A stretch of DNA of 55,414 bases, filler included, from Ionaspis alba (lineage: Eukaryota), in the NCBI GenBank assembly GCA_964255285.1. It is 2 parts of 2 records of this genome, joined end to end, with 100 filler letters (N's around TTAATTAATTAA, not from the genome) between each part and the next. Parts side by side here need not be neighbours in the genome. Positions count along the whole stretch, not along the records: positions 1 to 27,671 come from CAXUUL010000134.1; 1 more part is not named here. One strand, 5' to 3'. The translations under genes were made by a program, and so were the position numbers. How positions within the stretch are numbered: position 1 is the stretch's first letter; each line of letters opens with the position of its first letter. A model generated the notes under the pieces. The model made no database searches and was not told the DNA's origin. It saw nothing but the letters and a program-made list of their open reading frames with translations. Positions 1 through 12,952 of this stretch are shown here, piece after piece.

Positions 1-30
1 ATGCCCTTGCCGATCCTAATTGGAGCGCAG

Positions 31-597
31 AAACCGAGTGGCGTAAGACTCCGAGCCATCAAGGCGGCTTCCTACTGGACGGGGGTGTGCATTTCACTGC
101 TGGTCTTCGTCTCCTTCTCGGTTCCGACCATATAATACGGCTTTCTGCCTTTTCGGCTCAACTTCAATCACACCTTCCTCCTGTTGACACAATAGACGCA
201 ACACTCAAGACCAAGTCTGGTGCTACTGGCACTTTCTCCGTATCATTTGGCACGACGTTCAAAGGGAGCGAGTGGAGCATTGCTTGTGAAGGCGGAAGCG
301 TCAGTGTATCACGCTCGACCGTGACAATGATGATTGATGGGAAAGAAGAGAAGAAAGAAGTTGAGGATGAAAGAAGTGGTGTGCCTCCTGAAGTACGGAA
401 ATGGGGTGAGGCAGTTGCAGCTCGGACGCAGAATGCTAGGCAGAGACCCGAGGAGGCGTTGGCAGATTTGGAGCTGGTGAGTAGAATTGTTCTCTTTCGG
501 GGAGCATTAGATGCTAACATAGTTCTAGCTCGAGAAGATGCTGAGGAGCGGGGAGGGAGGCGGAATACCAATGGATTGTATTTGGCAAGCATGCTAA
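31..597 (+). CDS. Gfo/Idh/MocA-family oxidoreductase, 3' part (5' exons lie outside the window)
   Basis: Exon 31-476 encodes ETEWRKTPSHQGGFLLDGGVHF (GGxLLDxGVH motif). Intron 477-528 (GTGAGT..GCTAAC..TAG). Last exon LEKMLRSGEGGGIPMDCIWQAC*. Confidence 0.8.
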
Positions 598-1421
598 TGA
601 TAGGAAATCTTGGCTGGTCTGAGACTGCGGTTTTGCATCATGATAGAATCATGGCTCAGACCTTAGATTGAGAAGTTTATGACAGCGACTAAACAGCTAT
701 TGCTCCAGATTGTGCTTATTACTGATCATCAACTGGAGTAGTGGGAGGAACGTCTCAGGCAGGGGCAGGTGGAACACAGACAACAAAGGGACCTCATCGA
801 TTGACTTGCAAGTCTGAATTAGTGGCTAATGCAGTGATATTCGAAGTCCCTTTGCAGGTGGTGATGGCTAGTCCTAGATAATTGTTGCGATACCTGGGGT
901 TTCATGGAAGCTTCTCGTAGACCTCAGCTTTTAGTAGGATACTTGTAAAGGCCCCTCCATTTCTGCCACTATGCCATTCGTTCTTGATTACTTCCTATCG
1001 CGAAGCCATTTATGATGATATAAGAGTGTCACTTTTGCATAGATCGCGAAGATACACAAATCAGCGTTCTACCAAACCCTATTGACCATATACTTTGAGT
1101 TGCCTTAACGGTAATAACGTTTTCGAAACAAAACTTGAAGGTTGAACGAAGACTGGAATAGCGGATCTCAATAGCTGGTCCCCTCCCTGGCTCGGCTAGC
1201 TTCCAGCTTATGTACCTGGATCGCCGAACCTCACTTCGCAACACTAGTGGGCCTACTGCTACGCTCTCGACTTCCAATTAATGCCACCTATTTGACATAC
1301 TACACCTCCTCTTGCTTACATATATTGCAGCTATCGTATCTGTTGCAGCTGCGTATCTTAGACATTCATTGTATCCGTCGTGGCGGTCAAACAGCGCTCT
1401 CGGGCTATGAACGGAACAACC

Positions 1422-3141
1422 ATGGCCAACGGTACACCCGACATTCGACGGTATTACGAAGAGCTCAAGGGCGTTGAACATGCTAAGAATCAGTTGATTG
1501 AGGTATATGAAGACTGTACCCTTCCTTGAAATTAATGCCTGTGTCTAACGCCACTTTCAGGACCTCTTGAAGCGTCTAGACCTCCTTAGCCAAGAGCATC
1601 AGCAAGAGAAATTAGATCATGCTAGAGAATCGCACTTCAATCGAGAAGTGCAGCGACGTGAGCTGAAGCTACAAGAAGATCTGCGAGTAACAAAAGCCAA
1701 AATGGTGAGTGCGAAGCTTTCAACCTACAGATACACGTTCTCCAGGCTTAAGGAGAATGTCACAGGAACGTGATGCATTTATTCTTGTGCTCATTGACGG
1801 AGACGGAATGATATTTCAAGACCGATTGATTCAGCAAGGTGAAGCTGGGGGCAAAGAAGCCGCGGCTCTACTCTATGCTCACGTCCAGAAGTATATACAC
1901 CAAAACATACCTGAGCTTCCATCCGACTATAAGATTGTGGCTAGAGTGTATGCCAATCTAAAGGGCCTCGCCGATGTTTGCAACAGAGCTGGTATCCTTG
2001 ACAGTCCCACAACCATGGACGACTTTATGCGTGGCTTCACAGGCAATAAGCAATTGTTTGACTTTGTCGATGTGGGAATGGGGAAGGATCGAGCCGATGA
2101 CAAAATCTCCGGTCAGTCACGTTTGCTTCCGGTTCATCCAGCAAGTTGTCTGAATGTTGTGCTTATAAGTAAACAGAACAATTCAAGCTTCATCTCTACA
2201 ATTGCCATTGCCGACATATAATCTTCGGCTGTTCTCACGACAACGGTTATGCTAGGCTACTTGAAGAGGTGGCTGATCAAGCCATGCCTCGCCAGGTCAC
2301 TCTTCTTGAAGGAGTGCCATTTGAACGAGAGCTCAACACATTGAAAGCAAAATTTGAAGCTACCAAGTTTGACAATTTGTTCAGGACCACCAAGATCAAT
2401 ATTTATCAGCAACAGTACCAGACAGCTCAGCAGACCAGACCACCACCAATGTCACAGCCTCAATCAATGCCTCAAATGCTGCCCACTCAAATGCAGACCA
2501 CGCATGTTATTCAGAATGGGATACATGCCTCACAAATGGGTTACCAGTCACCTTACCTGCCTGGGATAACTCGAACACCTTCTCAATCCACCAATAACTC
2601 TGTTGTCATGAATCCCGTGGCAGCATCCTGGGCTACCAAAGCAGTTTCTGCACCCCCCGCGCAATATGGATCGCCACCTCCAACCCCTCAGCCAACTCCC
2701 TCAAACACTAACACTGTACCTCGCAATAAGTATGGTCAACGAATTGACCCCAGCGTTTCTTACGACAAGAGCGAAGTCAAACGAGTCCAAAAAATCCACA
2801 TGTGTAATGTGCACTTCCTCCGCAATGATTGCCCCTATGGCGACGATTGTACTCACTCTCACTCCTACAAACCCAACAAAAACGAACTATTGACATTACG
2901 ATGTGTTGCTCGCCAGACGCCCTGTCATTTTGGCACGGCTTGTGATGATATCAAGTGCATTTATGGCCATCGGTATGACTCCTCAGTGCATGGTCACACT
3001 CTCACAATGCTGACAGTAGATTGCAGATGCCCATTCAGTGCTGATAATACCAAGGATTGCCGTTACGGTGAGAGTTGCAGGTTTGACAAAAGCATGCATG
3101 GTTTAGATCTGAAAGTGGTTCGAACCACTAAGGTGTCTTAG
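1422..3141 (+). CDS. CCCH zinc-finger protein with N-terminal coiled coil and an acidic IDGDG domain (possibly NYN/PIN-like)
   Basis: ATG 1422; introns 1503-1560, 1705-1765, about 2112-2176 and 2973-3026. Motifs FILVLIDGDGMIF, DVGMGKDRADDKI and GCSHDNGYARLL. C-terminal CCCH arrays such as CNVHFLRNDCPYGDDCTHSH. Confidence 0.8.
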
Positions 3142-3590
3142 CCCACTCAGCGGTGATATTGGCCGTGCACGAGTGGTTGGAGGATACCAGTGGATCACGA
3201 ACACTTCTGCACTTTCGTCCCCTCTCATAACAATATTGGCGAGAAAATTTGAGAAGAGTTTGTTCAGACGGAGATGTGAAACGCAGGGTGCGTGTGGTAA
3301 TGGCTGTCCGTGGGCTCAAATCTCGAATAGGATCTTCAATATGCTTGGAGCACACGGGAGGTTGTGCCCTTTAATTTCTTCAGATAATGAGATTTCTTTG
3401 AAGCTGCATTGAGAGTGTGCTCTCCGGGTCAATCTCACATATCGTCCAATATTGAAAGTTTAATCGCCTTCAGACATATGATTGATCCATCACCTCTCGT
3501 GACGCCATAACAAAGTACCGAGGTGGGTATACCGAAATCCGAGAATCACCACCCCATCTCACCAACTAGATTGCCTCACCACCAAGCCGA

Positions 3591-5780
3591 CTAAGTAATC
3601 GTGGTCCCAAACATCCTGAATCGCCGTTCCCAGGCCATTCTCCCGTCTTCGCCATTGACTCGAACGCCATACTCCTTGATGCAACACTGAAATGGCCTTC
3701 CCGCCGGCTTAGGTAATTCGTCCTCATTTGGACTGACTGATTTATGAGTACCATTCCCCTTCACACTCCCCCCACCCATTGCCTTGTCGGCAACCTTCCC
3801 TTCCCGCTCTTGCAACTTTCGCTCCTCTAAGTCACCCCATAGCAGGAAAAGCTTTTCGCGGAGCTCAGCCACCGCTTGTGGGCGGCGTTTCAGACTATAG
3901 TAGATCTCGTCAGTAAAGCCTGATCACGCCTAGAGAATCCCTTCAGTGAGATTTAAATCTATCTCATATGCAAGAGGGAGCACAAGCAGTCAATTCGATC
4001 AGGGACAACGAGAAGAGAAACACACTTTACTGCATCCATCTTCAGCAAACACTCTGCGTCCGGCCCTACCACGAACACCCTTATCCTGTCTCTCTTCTGG
4101 CCCTTTAGCGTGGCTGATGATGACACGTCCTCAAGAAGCAGGCAAAACCGCCATTCCCAGCGTGCTCCCTGTTGCGAGGTCTGACTCCCTGCCTCACGAT
4201 TTACATTCGAGGAGCTTGAGTCGGAGTCTGAGCCGACGCACGACTCGGAAGAGGTATCGGAGTCATCCGCTGACGATAGAACGTCGAATTCGCTCTTTCG
4301 ATGGCGGACAGCAAAGTCGGCGATGTTTGGAGGGTAAAAATCGATTACGCGGGCGGTGGTGCGGAAACGAGTGTTTAGGAAGGGCAAGGTGGTGCTGTTG
4401 CCGGAGGGTGTGATATAATTGTGGGTTGAAGAGGTATCGAGGATGGTGGAGAGAGGAAGAGGTGGGACTTGTGGGTTGGTCGAGCGGACTAAGAGGTAAG
4501 ATTAGTCGTAATACCTGGCTTCAGGGGTCTCCTAACGCACCGTTTTTGTTTAGTTCTAGCTTGTTTATTTTGACAGTAATCATATCGGGACCTTGATCGG
4601 TCGCGGACTGCTTGTGCTGCTGTGCTTGTTCACGTTCTTGCTTCCTCTTCTTCCTCAGCTGGTTCTTCGATAGCTTCTCTTCCCCCTCTTCGCCCAATTG
4701 CCGCTTCTGACCCCGAGCTTCCGCAACGAAAGCTTCGCTCTCGTGCTTGAATTGTTTGTAGTAGTCTTTCTTGCGGCGTAGGATATCTTTGACACGATCG
4801 TCCGTGTGTGATTTGATGATCGTGACGTCCACTCGCGCTTCGTATTTGCGGTCTGTATGGAGGGCTCCTTCGATTTTCCCGTCTTTGCTGAATTTGATGT
4901 GCACGTTACGGAGGTGGACGAAATCGCCTTCCTTCACATTGTTGTGTGCATAGTAGGAATGAGGGCTCCAGAGGGCAACTAAAAGAGTCCTTTTGCCATA
5001 TGGACCTGGCCATTTCCTTGGTGTGTTGCGTGAAGCATAGCCATAAGTATCACCGTCTCTCGTTTCACCATCTTCGCCCTCTCGTCCCCATTCATAATTG
5101 TAAAAAAGGCTGTTTTGAGTGTAATCTGTGATCGAGAGCTCAACTCGGCTCATATTAGGGTATAGCTTCACAACTTGACCGACGAGGTCATAGTAAGTAT
5201 CAATGCTGATATCTTTGAGCAAAGAGAATTTATCCCTACGACCAGGCTGACTGATCAATGAGCCATTCGAAGCGACTGAAGATATCTCGTTTGATGGTCT
5301 TGGAACTGGCTCGAAGCTGCCCCTGTCCTTGGAGTTGCAGAGTGATATTGCATACAACATCTCGGCAGAAGCGGGGTTTGGTGCTCGTGTTTCCTTGATA
5401 CGTCGTAGCGAGGTGTGGGTGGAAGGCACGCTCTCTGGAATTGCGTTCGATGGGAATACAGTCCAAGTGGTGGCGTAATTGGACATTCCTATCGTCATCC
5501 CTGACCACTCTTTGAATCTAATAGATCTCAACAGGATTACATCGCCGGTGCCTTGAATCTGTGGACAATCATTTTCTTTAGGCTTGAAGAATCTGATCTT
5601 CTGGCCATCTCCGTAGCCACTCGTAGAATCTGCAATCGAGAATGTGAACATCCAGTCCGTACCTCTTGTTCGACTGGGTGGAAGCACGTCCGTTACGACT
5701 CCCATGACATTAAAATCTTTATTTGGCTGCTGAGATGCAGTACAGAGATCAGAAAAGCCAGGAGGAATCGCTGAGGCCAT
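3591..5780 (-). CDS. POT1: Telomere single-strand DNA-binding protein POT1 (OB folds)
   Basis: N-terminal OB1 signature NVMGVVTDVLPPSRTRGTDWMFTFSIAD..GDVILLRSI; OB2 YYDLVGQVVK..ITDYT; C-terminal exons FRTTARVIDFYP and ERRFRMFGTTI. ATG at 5780. Confidence 0.9.
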
Positions 5781-5844
5781 CTTCTTAGCAGCAAATGTAT
5801 GACATGTGACTATTCCAGAGAACAAAATGTATCAAAGTCAACAA

Positions 5845-5857
5845 ACGCGCGACGCGT
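5845..5857. promoter_or_regulatory. Tandem MCB-like (ACGCG/ACGCGT) cell-cycle boxes in the POT1 / importin alpha divergent promoter
   Basis: ACGCGCGACGCGT lies about 65-77 nt upstream of the POT1 ATG. Confidence 0.55.
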
Positions 5858-6266
5858 TATGGGGAGGGTAGGATCCTGCATCTGTCGAAAACTTTCAGCC
5901 ATTTAAGGCATATACATCAAGCTTAAAGCAACATTACAGAGATCATTATCACATATTTCCTCAGCAGCTAAGGAGCATATATCTAACTTTGCCTGCTGTT
6001 CCATGTTGACGTCCGTTCTTTAGCCCCTTGCAGATTCGCTAATTCTATGGTCAAAGCTCCACGGCTGTAAAGACGCTATCGCATTAGCGCCTTCCTGAGC
6101 CGCGATCCTCTTGGCAAGCAAGATTCATTGCCCTCACTCAATCCCACAATCAGTGTCATTAACACTCACTATCACCACCTTTCCTGGTCTCTACATCAAG
6201 CACAAGATACAAGGCATTTGGACGTGGTCTTTCAAAACGACCGAGCACGAAAATTGGTGGTCCATC

Positions 6267-8221
6267 ATGTCGGAGCGTTACATCCCTGAGCATCGTCGCA
6301 CTCAGTTCAAAGCGAAGAACACCTTCAAGCCTGATGAGCTACGTCGTCGTCGTGAAGAGCAGCAAGTCGAAATTCGAAAGGCAAAGAGAGAGGAGAACTT
6401 GGCAAAGAGAAGAGGCATAACAGCTAGAGATGGATCTCAGACTTCAGCACCTGGTGCCTCGCTAGGTGCTGCCCCTGATAGTGACGATGAAGATGGAGGT
6501 TCGATTGAGAGTCAGGTACGTGACGCTTTGGACTACGTTTCATGCTTGGAATACTTCGCGGATCATGATCATGTAGCAGCATCTGCACATGCGTGGTAGT
6601 CAACCTCCCAGGCTGCGCTGCTTGGATCAACAGACCCCTAGGGCCATTGTTCCACACTTACATATCTCGATTGTATCGTATTTAATCATGTGAACGGTAG
6701 ATGCTAACTGCTTCTTTCTAGCTTAATGTCGAGCTACCGCAGATGGTTGAGGGTGTTTTCTCAAATGAGATCGATGCTCAGATCCAGGCTACCACTAAGT
6801 TCCGAAAACTTCTGTCCAAAGAACGCAACCCACCCATCGAAAAAGTCATCGAGACTGGTGTTGTCAGCCGGTTCGTCGACTTTCTTCGATCGCCCCATAC
6901 CTTGGTGCAATTCGAGGCGGCATGGGCACTCACAAATATTGCATCTGGATCTGCCCAGCAGACCCAAGTGGTCATCAATGCCGGAGCAGTGCCAATCTTC
7001 GTCGAACTACTCAGTAGTCATGAGCCTGATGTAAGAGAGCAAGCTGTTTGGGCGCTTGGAAACATAGCTGGTGATAGTCCTCATTGCCGGGATTTCGTGT
7101 TGGCAGCTGGTGCTCTCCGACCTCTCTTGGCTCTTCTAGGTGACAGCCGCAAGCTGAGTATGCTGAGAAATGCCACCTGGACTTTGAGCAACTTCTGTCG
7201 TGGGAAAACCCCTCAGCCTGATTGGCAGACCGTGAGTCACCAACTGCCGTTCATCCTCGGCGCAAAACCAGTCTGACTAAGCCAGCAGATTCTCCCTGCA
7301 CTTCCCGTGCTCGCCAAGCTCGTTTACTCCTTGGACGATGAAGTTTTGATTGATGCTTGCTGGGCTATCTCCTATCTTTCCGATGGCGCCAATGATAAGA
7401 TTCAGGCCGTCATCGAAGCAGGCATACCTCGTCGGCTTGTCGAACTGTTAATGCACGCCTCTACCTCCGTTCAAACTCCTGCACTCCGATCTGTCGGAAA
7501 CATCGTGACTGGAGATGACGTCCAAACGCAGACCATCATTAACTCTGGTTCTCTGCCAGCACTACTCCACCTACTTGGTTCATCCAAGGATGGCATCAGG
7601 AAAGAGGCATGCTGGACTATTTCGAACGTTACCGCTGGTAACTCCACCCAGATCCAAGCCGTCATTGACGCCGGCATAATCCCTCCCCTCATCCATCTGC
7701 TCTCCAATGGCGACTTCAAGACACGAAAGGAAGCGTGCTGGGCTATTTCCAACGCCACCTCCGGTGGCCTGCAGAAGCCTGATCAGATCCGGTATTTAGT
7801 TCAGCAGGGCTGCATCAAACCCCTCTGCGAACTGCTCGCCTGCCCGGATAACAAGATCATTCAGGTCGCATTGGACGGCCTCGAGAACATCTTGAAGGTG
7901 GGAGAGATGGACAAGGAGGCATCAGAGAATGCAGCCGAGCAGGGCATTAACCGCTACGCACTATTTATTGAAGAAGCTGGTGGAATGGAGAAGATCCACG
8001 ACTGTCAGAGCAATGTCAACGAAGAGATCTACATGAAGGCCTACAATATCATTGAGAAGTACTTCTCGGACGAGGAGGATGCCGGTGGAGATATCGACAA
8101 CGTCGCACAGCCAGAACAAGGCAGCACTTTTGGTTTCACGGGCCAGCAACAACAACAACAGGCAGCCCAGCAAGGAGGATTCAGCTTCGCAAACGGAGGC
8201 AATGATTCTATGGATATGTAG
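6267..8221 (+). CDS. SRP1: Importin subunit alpha (karyopherin alpha, KapA/Srp1)
   Basis: IBB domain ([26 protein letters not shown]) and ARM repeats ([29 protein letters not shown]). Introns about 6516-6721 and 7232-7288. Confidence 0.97.
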
Positions 8222-8589
8222 AGCAATACAGACGCTCTCGAGCACAGTTTGGGCGAAACATATTTTCCCGATGAGGGGAACAGGCCCTCGACCACCTGCA
8301 AGACCCAATACCGCGCTGTTCGAAAATTGAACCAAACATGGCCATCACCGTTCCGTATCCAGTGCGGAACGACTACAATCACCACACACACAACCCCCCT
8401 GCAACCAACGATTCCCCTTGATTTTCACGACCTCTTGACGACACCTACGAGATACACCATCATGTATTCCCCGAAACCTATGGCACGACACATCACAGCA
8501 TCATCGTTTACGGCGTTCAACTCGAGCAACAGCACCATTCCCCCGGTCTGATCTGATTCTTTTCGATCTCGAAGGTACTTATTGGTACT

Positions 8590-9017
8590 CCTACAGCTCG
8601 CTTCTGTTGATAGATATGGCTCATTCTTGGAGGACATTGACCGTTTTCTGACTTCATGTATTTTCGAGAAGTCCGTAGAGAATGCAAAGAAATCACTCCC
8701 CTTCTTGTACTTCGGAGTTCTCACTGCGAATGGTGGCAAAATAGGAGCTTTGTGTAACTCGACATACGCATAACTGCAGTTTCGAATCCTCGCTGAAGAT
8801 CGTTGATACCTCAACCTTACTCTCATCTAGGGACTCTCTCGTACGGGAACTCGTCCTACAGCTCGAAGACTAGTATTCCAAGCTGATTTACTACTAGTCT
8901 AAGCGAAAGAGTGTTATACTAAACCACTAGTGAGGTCATATAATCACCCCTTAACCCCTCAGCCCCTATTTTGTACAGAAGATAGAAATCTGCGTGGTTC
9001 AAGCCTGCGTAACCTCA
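8590..9017. mobile_element. Probable degenerate dispersed repeat or transposon terminal fragment
   Basis: Non-coding and TpA-rich (repeated CTAG/TAGTA), with a decayed palindrome GGTCATATAATCACC; ends in GGTTCAAGCCTGCGTAACCTCA. It resembles from memory a widespread Pezizomycotina repeat end (not verified). No partner TIR was found and the left boundary is approximate. Confidence 0.35.
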
Positions 9018-9324
9018 GCATCGTCCTAACTCTTCTATAACCACTCCCTCTTGGACAAATTGTGACAAGGAGATGCTAAGAACGTGATCTAATCATACAT
9101 GTCTATACTAGTTCCTCGGCTTCATCATAGCCGACGAAATAGCCACTTGTGCATTAGCGCTGGATTGTAGTATTTTTCTTCTTTAGTTATCACACGGTCT
9201 GAATGTTTGTAAAGCGACAACCATTTCCTGCTTCTAGACCGTATGGGTGACCAATACTGGGCACTTTATCATCCAACAGCCATCAACTATATGGTCATAA
9301 GGCACGCTCACGCTGGAGAGAAAC

Positions 9325-10308
9325 ATGGCTGTAACTTCCTTCACGAGCCTACCAACGGAGCTACACATCCCTATTTACGAGTGTCTGTCCTACGCTGCAA
9401 TCATAGACCTCAACTGCACACAGCCCTTTCGAGCTTCCATGCCCAATATCGCTATTCTTCGTACGAATCATTAAATCCACAACGAAGCTATTCCCATTTT
9501 TCGGCAGCTGAGTCTCCACACCCTGACTCTGCCAGTACCCGACAGATTTGGGTATCCTGGACTCAATGGGATTCCGCCAAACTTAAGCTCCATGCTTTTT
9601 AACATCGGTAGACTTGAGCTCAAGATCGACATGAAGCCGCTTGGGGTGGTACCGATCTCAAGATTGAAGCCCCACAATCTGGTTCCACCACCTTGTGGTA
9701 GCACTGGTGGCGGCGAAGAATGCTACCTTCAGGACTGTATCGATAATAAAAGTACACAGATGTGCCTCCAGGTAGCAAGCCTCGTGAATAGCATACAAGA
9801 GGGGTCCCGGTTGTGGGGAGCTGGAACTTCACGTCAATATGGGAGAGTCATTGACACCAAGCCACTAGCGTACTGAATTGGAGGATTTGGAACAGCCTTT
9901 ACTCAGGCTCATGGACTTACATGGTTTGATAAGGACACTGGACGTCCGTCGCGACCGTGTCCTGCACAAAAGACTGGTTCACATGAAGAAGTTCGGTACC
10001 GGGAAATCATCAGATATTAGCGCAGGAGACACGGTCAGGCTCGAAACCCCAGCCTTATTGACAAGAAAATTGGAATACGAGTGAGTGACTGGAGGGAAAG
10101 GAGACTGGTAGCACGACAAATGGTCGGACCACAACCTTATATCTGGGTGAGCAATATGATGAGTGGTTCAAGCGAGTCATACGAATATGAATTTCAAGAG
10201 GTGGACACAGAAGATCTGACTCAGGACCTCGTTGAGTTGGAAGAGCTTAGTAAAAGAGAGAAGGATGCTGGGTTTGATGAGACGAGACCTTATACGCACT
10301 ATTGGTAG
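9325..10308 (+). pseudogene. Pseudogene of a fungal F-box-like/2EXR-type hypothetical protein
   Basis: ATG 9325 MAVTSFTSLPTELHIPIYE...ILRTNH*IHNEAIPIF, with in-frame TAA at 9472-9474 where Q is expected. The frame continues into ORF 9592-9876, then into shifted fragments 9878-10084 and 10081-10308. Confidence 0.65.
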
Positions 10309-11044
10309 ATGCGAGATAAGCTGGAGCAAGCAGGATTTTTCTCACCCAAGACGGAGTTCAACTACAGTGAGGGTCTTAATGGAACAATGTGGGGCAAGGA
10401 ATGTTTTCCCGACAGTTGGCACGTATGGGATCGCCACGTCCGTATGTCTGAGGGAACATTCGAATCCGAGGTCTGACCTCGATTGGCAGTGGGTGGTAAG
10501 GCAGTTCCATTACCGCTTCCCTGTGACTCTCTACCTACCGTACTCTAAATAGACTTTTTGCCTCTCAAAGATAACGAGATAAGCTTCCCGTGCTGCAACC
10601 CGAGGATGGTTGAACCAATACACGTATGTGGGAGGCCAGGAGATATTGATGGCACCCAGGGCTGGTTAGGACCTTTTAGAAATGTTCACGAGCCAAAGAA
10701 AGATTATTCAATCTGAAAATAACTCAAAGCGCTATTGAATGTGCAAAGACACACTGTACGTCCTGCGGTGACTGATTACACTAAGATATGCCGTTTGTGG
10801 TATAAGAGGGAGTACATCTTGTATTTGATGTGGTTATCATCTCGGTCTTTTGGCAATGCGAAAAGGATAACGAATGCCGCCGAAGCGCTAGACGCCGGCG
10901 AAGGCTGCGCGGCCTTTACACGCTGTTTTAGCCGGAAGTTTCCGCAGATTATTTTCCTGTGGAAGCTTCAGGATTTAATCATCGATAGCTAGATTAAACT
11001 GAGCTCTTGAGCTGGTACCACAACAGCGTGACTTCATCTGCTTC

Positions 11045-12931
11045 ATGAATCCTGCATCTTGTCGAGCGCTTGCGCGCCGAATCCCTACTACGAAGAGAAC
11101 AATTCAAGCCATTTCGCAGAATTCTCCAAGAAGGTCCCTCGCCACGATTGTCGATAACGCACAGAAGGTAGGACCATGTTGCCGCTTCTTTCAGAAGGTC
11201 GAGATAGGCACTAACTACTTCCAGGACCCTACAGAGTTTGACCAGATTACTACACTCCCAAATGGCATTCGCGTCGCAACCGAAGCACTTCCGGGCCCGT
11301 TCTCTGGCATCGGTGTCTACGTGGATGCAGGCTCGAGGTATGAGAATGAGGACCTTCGAGGTGTCAGCCACATCATAGACCGACTTGCATTCAAGGTAAG
11401 TGGGAGTTTTGATGTTGTCAGAACAGGCTGATGGAGTCCCTCCTAGTCTACAAGTGCCAGGACGTCCGATGAAATGCTCGAGTCCTTAGAATCACTGGGA
11501 GGAAACATACAATGTGCATCTTCTAGAGAGTCCCTTATGTACCAGTCTGCGAGCTTCAATTCGTCCGTTCCCACGACTCTGGGCCTCTTGGCTGAGACCA
11601 TCCGACACCCTCTGATCACGGAACAAGAAGTTCAACAGCAGCTCGAAACAGCTGAGTATGAGATAGGGGAGATATGGTCGAAACCGGAACTCATTCTGCC
11701 CGAGCTTGTGCATATGGCTGCCTACAAAGATAATACCCTAGGTAATCCGCTTCTCTGTCCGCAAGAAAGACTACAATTCATCGACAAGAGCGTCGTTGAA
11801 AAATACCGGGATACGTTTTTTAAACCCGAACGCCTAGTAGTTGCTTTTGCTGGTGTCGGCCATGATGCTGCGCTCAAGCTTACCGAGAAGTACTTTGGCG
11901 ACATGCAAGGTCGGAAGGAGCCCATACTAACAGGCACTGGCCTTGAGACGTCTTTCACCGACTCGTCGGAATATGCCTCCTCATCATCTTCATCCTCGCT
12001 GTCTTCATCTCCAACATCATCTTACAGCTCGCCGAACACAACACCATCCTCGTCGCCTCCTCAGTCTTCTAAACTACTTTCTAAGATACCCTTTTTCAAG
12101 AATCTATCAACGTCAGCCCCGAACCACGCCAACGTTTCATCGCTTGATTTATCGTCACAACCCACTTCGTCTACGCTCAACCTCTCCATTCCTTCGCATT
12201 ACACTGGTGGTTTCCTTTCCCTTCCACCTATCCCTCCACCAGCAAATCCTGCTCTTCCCCGTCTCTCCCATATACACCTCGCCTTCGAAGCTCTACCAAT
12301 CTCTTCCGACGACATCTACGCTCTCGCAACACTACAGACGCTGCTGGGTGGCGGTGGCTCTTTTAGTGCCGGTGGGCCTGGCAAAGGAATGTATTCACGA
12401 CTCTACACGAACGTGCTCAACCAATACGGATGGGTTGAATCTTGCATTGCGTTCAATCACTCATATACCGACTCTGGACTATTTGGCATAAGTGCTAGTT
12501 GCAGCCCCACCCAAGTCTCCAGGATGCTGGAAGTCATTTGTCGAGAATTGCAAAATCTGACGCTGGACACTGGGTTCTCTGCTCTACAGACCGTGGAAGT
12601 CAACAGAGCGAAGAACCAGTTGCGAAGCAGTCTTTTGATGAACCTTGAAAGCCGGATGGTGGAGCTGGAGGATCTGGGCAGACAGGTCCAGGTTCATGGA
12701 CGGAAGGTGGGAGTTAAAGAAATGTGTCGGAAGATCGATGAGTTGACAGTGCAAGACTTGAGAAGAGTGGCGAAATTGGTTGTTGGTGGTAATTTACAGA
12801 ATCCAGGCGGTGGGAGTGGAGCGCCGACTGTGGTTTTGCAGGAAGGTGACGAGGAAGGTGTCCGTAGGAAGGACTTTGGATGGGCGGAAATACAAGAGAG
12901 GATAGGGAAATGGAAATTAGGGCGAAGGTAG
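11045..12931 (+). CDS. MAS2: Mitochondrial processing peptidase alpha subunit
   Basis: Arg-rich presequence; M16 motifs LPNGIRVAT and VDAGSRYE..GVSHIIDRLAFK; glycine loop LLGGGGSFSAGGPGKGMYSRLY. Introns about 11168-11224 and 11396-11446. Confidence 0.96.
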
Positions 12932-12943
12932 GTTGGGCGATAG

Positions 12944-12952
12944 TGTATAATA
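12944..12952 (+). promoter_or_regulatory. Puf-type 3'UTR element TGTATAATA (MAS2)
   Basis: UGUA-core 9-mer starting 13 nt after the MAS2 stop; the same 9-mer occurs in the TOM22 3'UTR. Confidence 0.45.

Noticed and set aside
6516..6721. Long importin alpha intron as a possible H/ACA snoRNA host
   Set aside because: Only a weak GTGG/CCAC stem and an ACA triplet; no convincing H box or second hairpin.
8144..8172. CAA/CAG run
   Set aside because: Short poly-Gln tract in the importin alpha tail; ordinary.
8932..9017. tRNA-like T-arm (CGTGG TTCAAGC CTGCG) with a partial acceptor stem
   Set aside because: No D-arm, A-box or anticodon arm can be folded; better explained as part of a repeat relic.
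3591..9300. Telomerase RNA or telomeric repeats near POT1
   Set aside because: No TTAGGG arrays or convincing CTAACCCTAA-type template seen.
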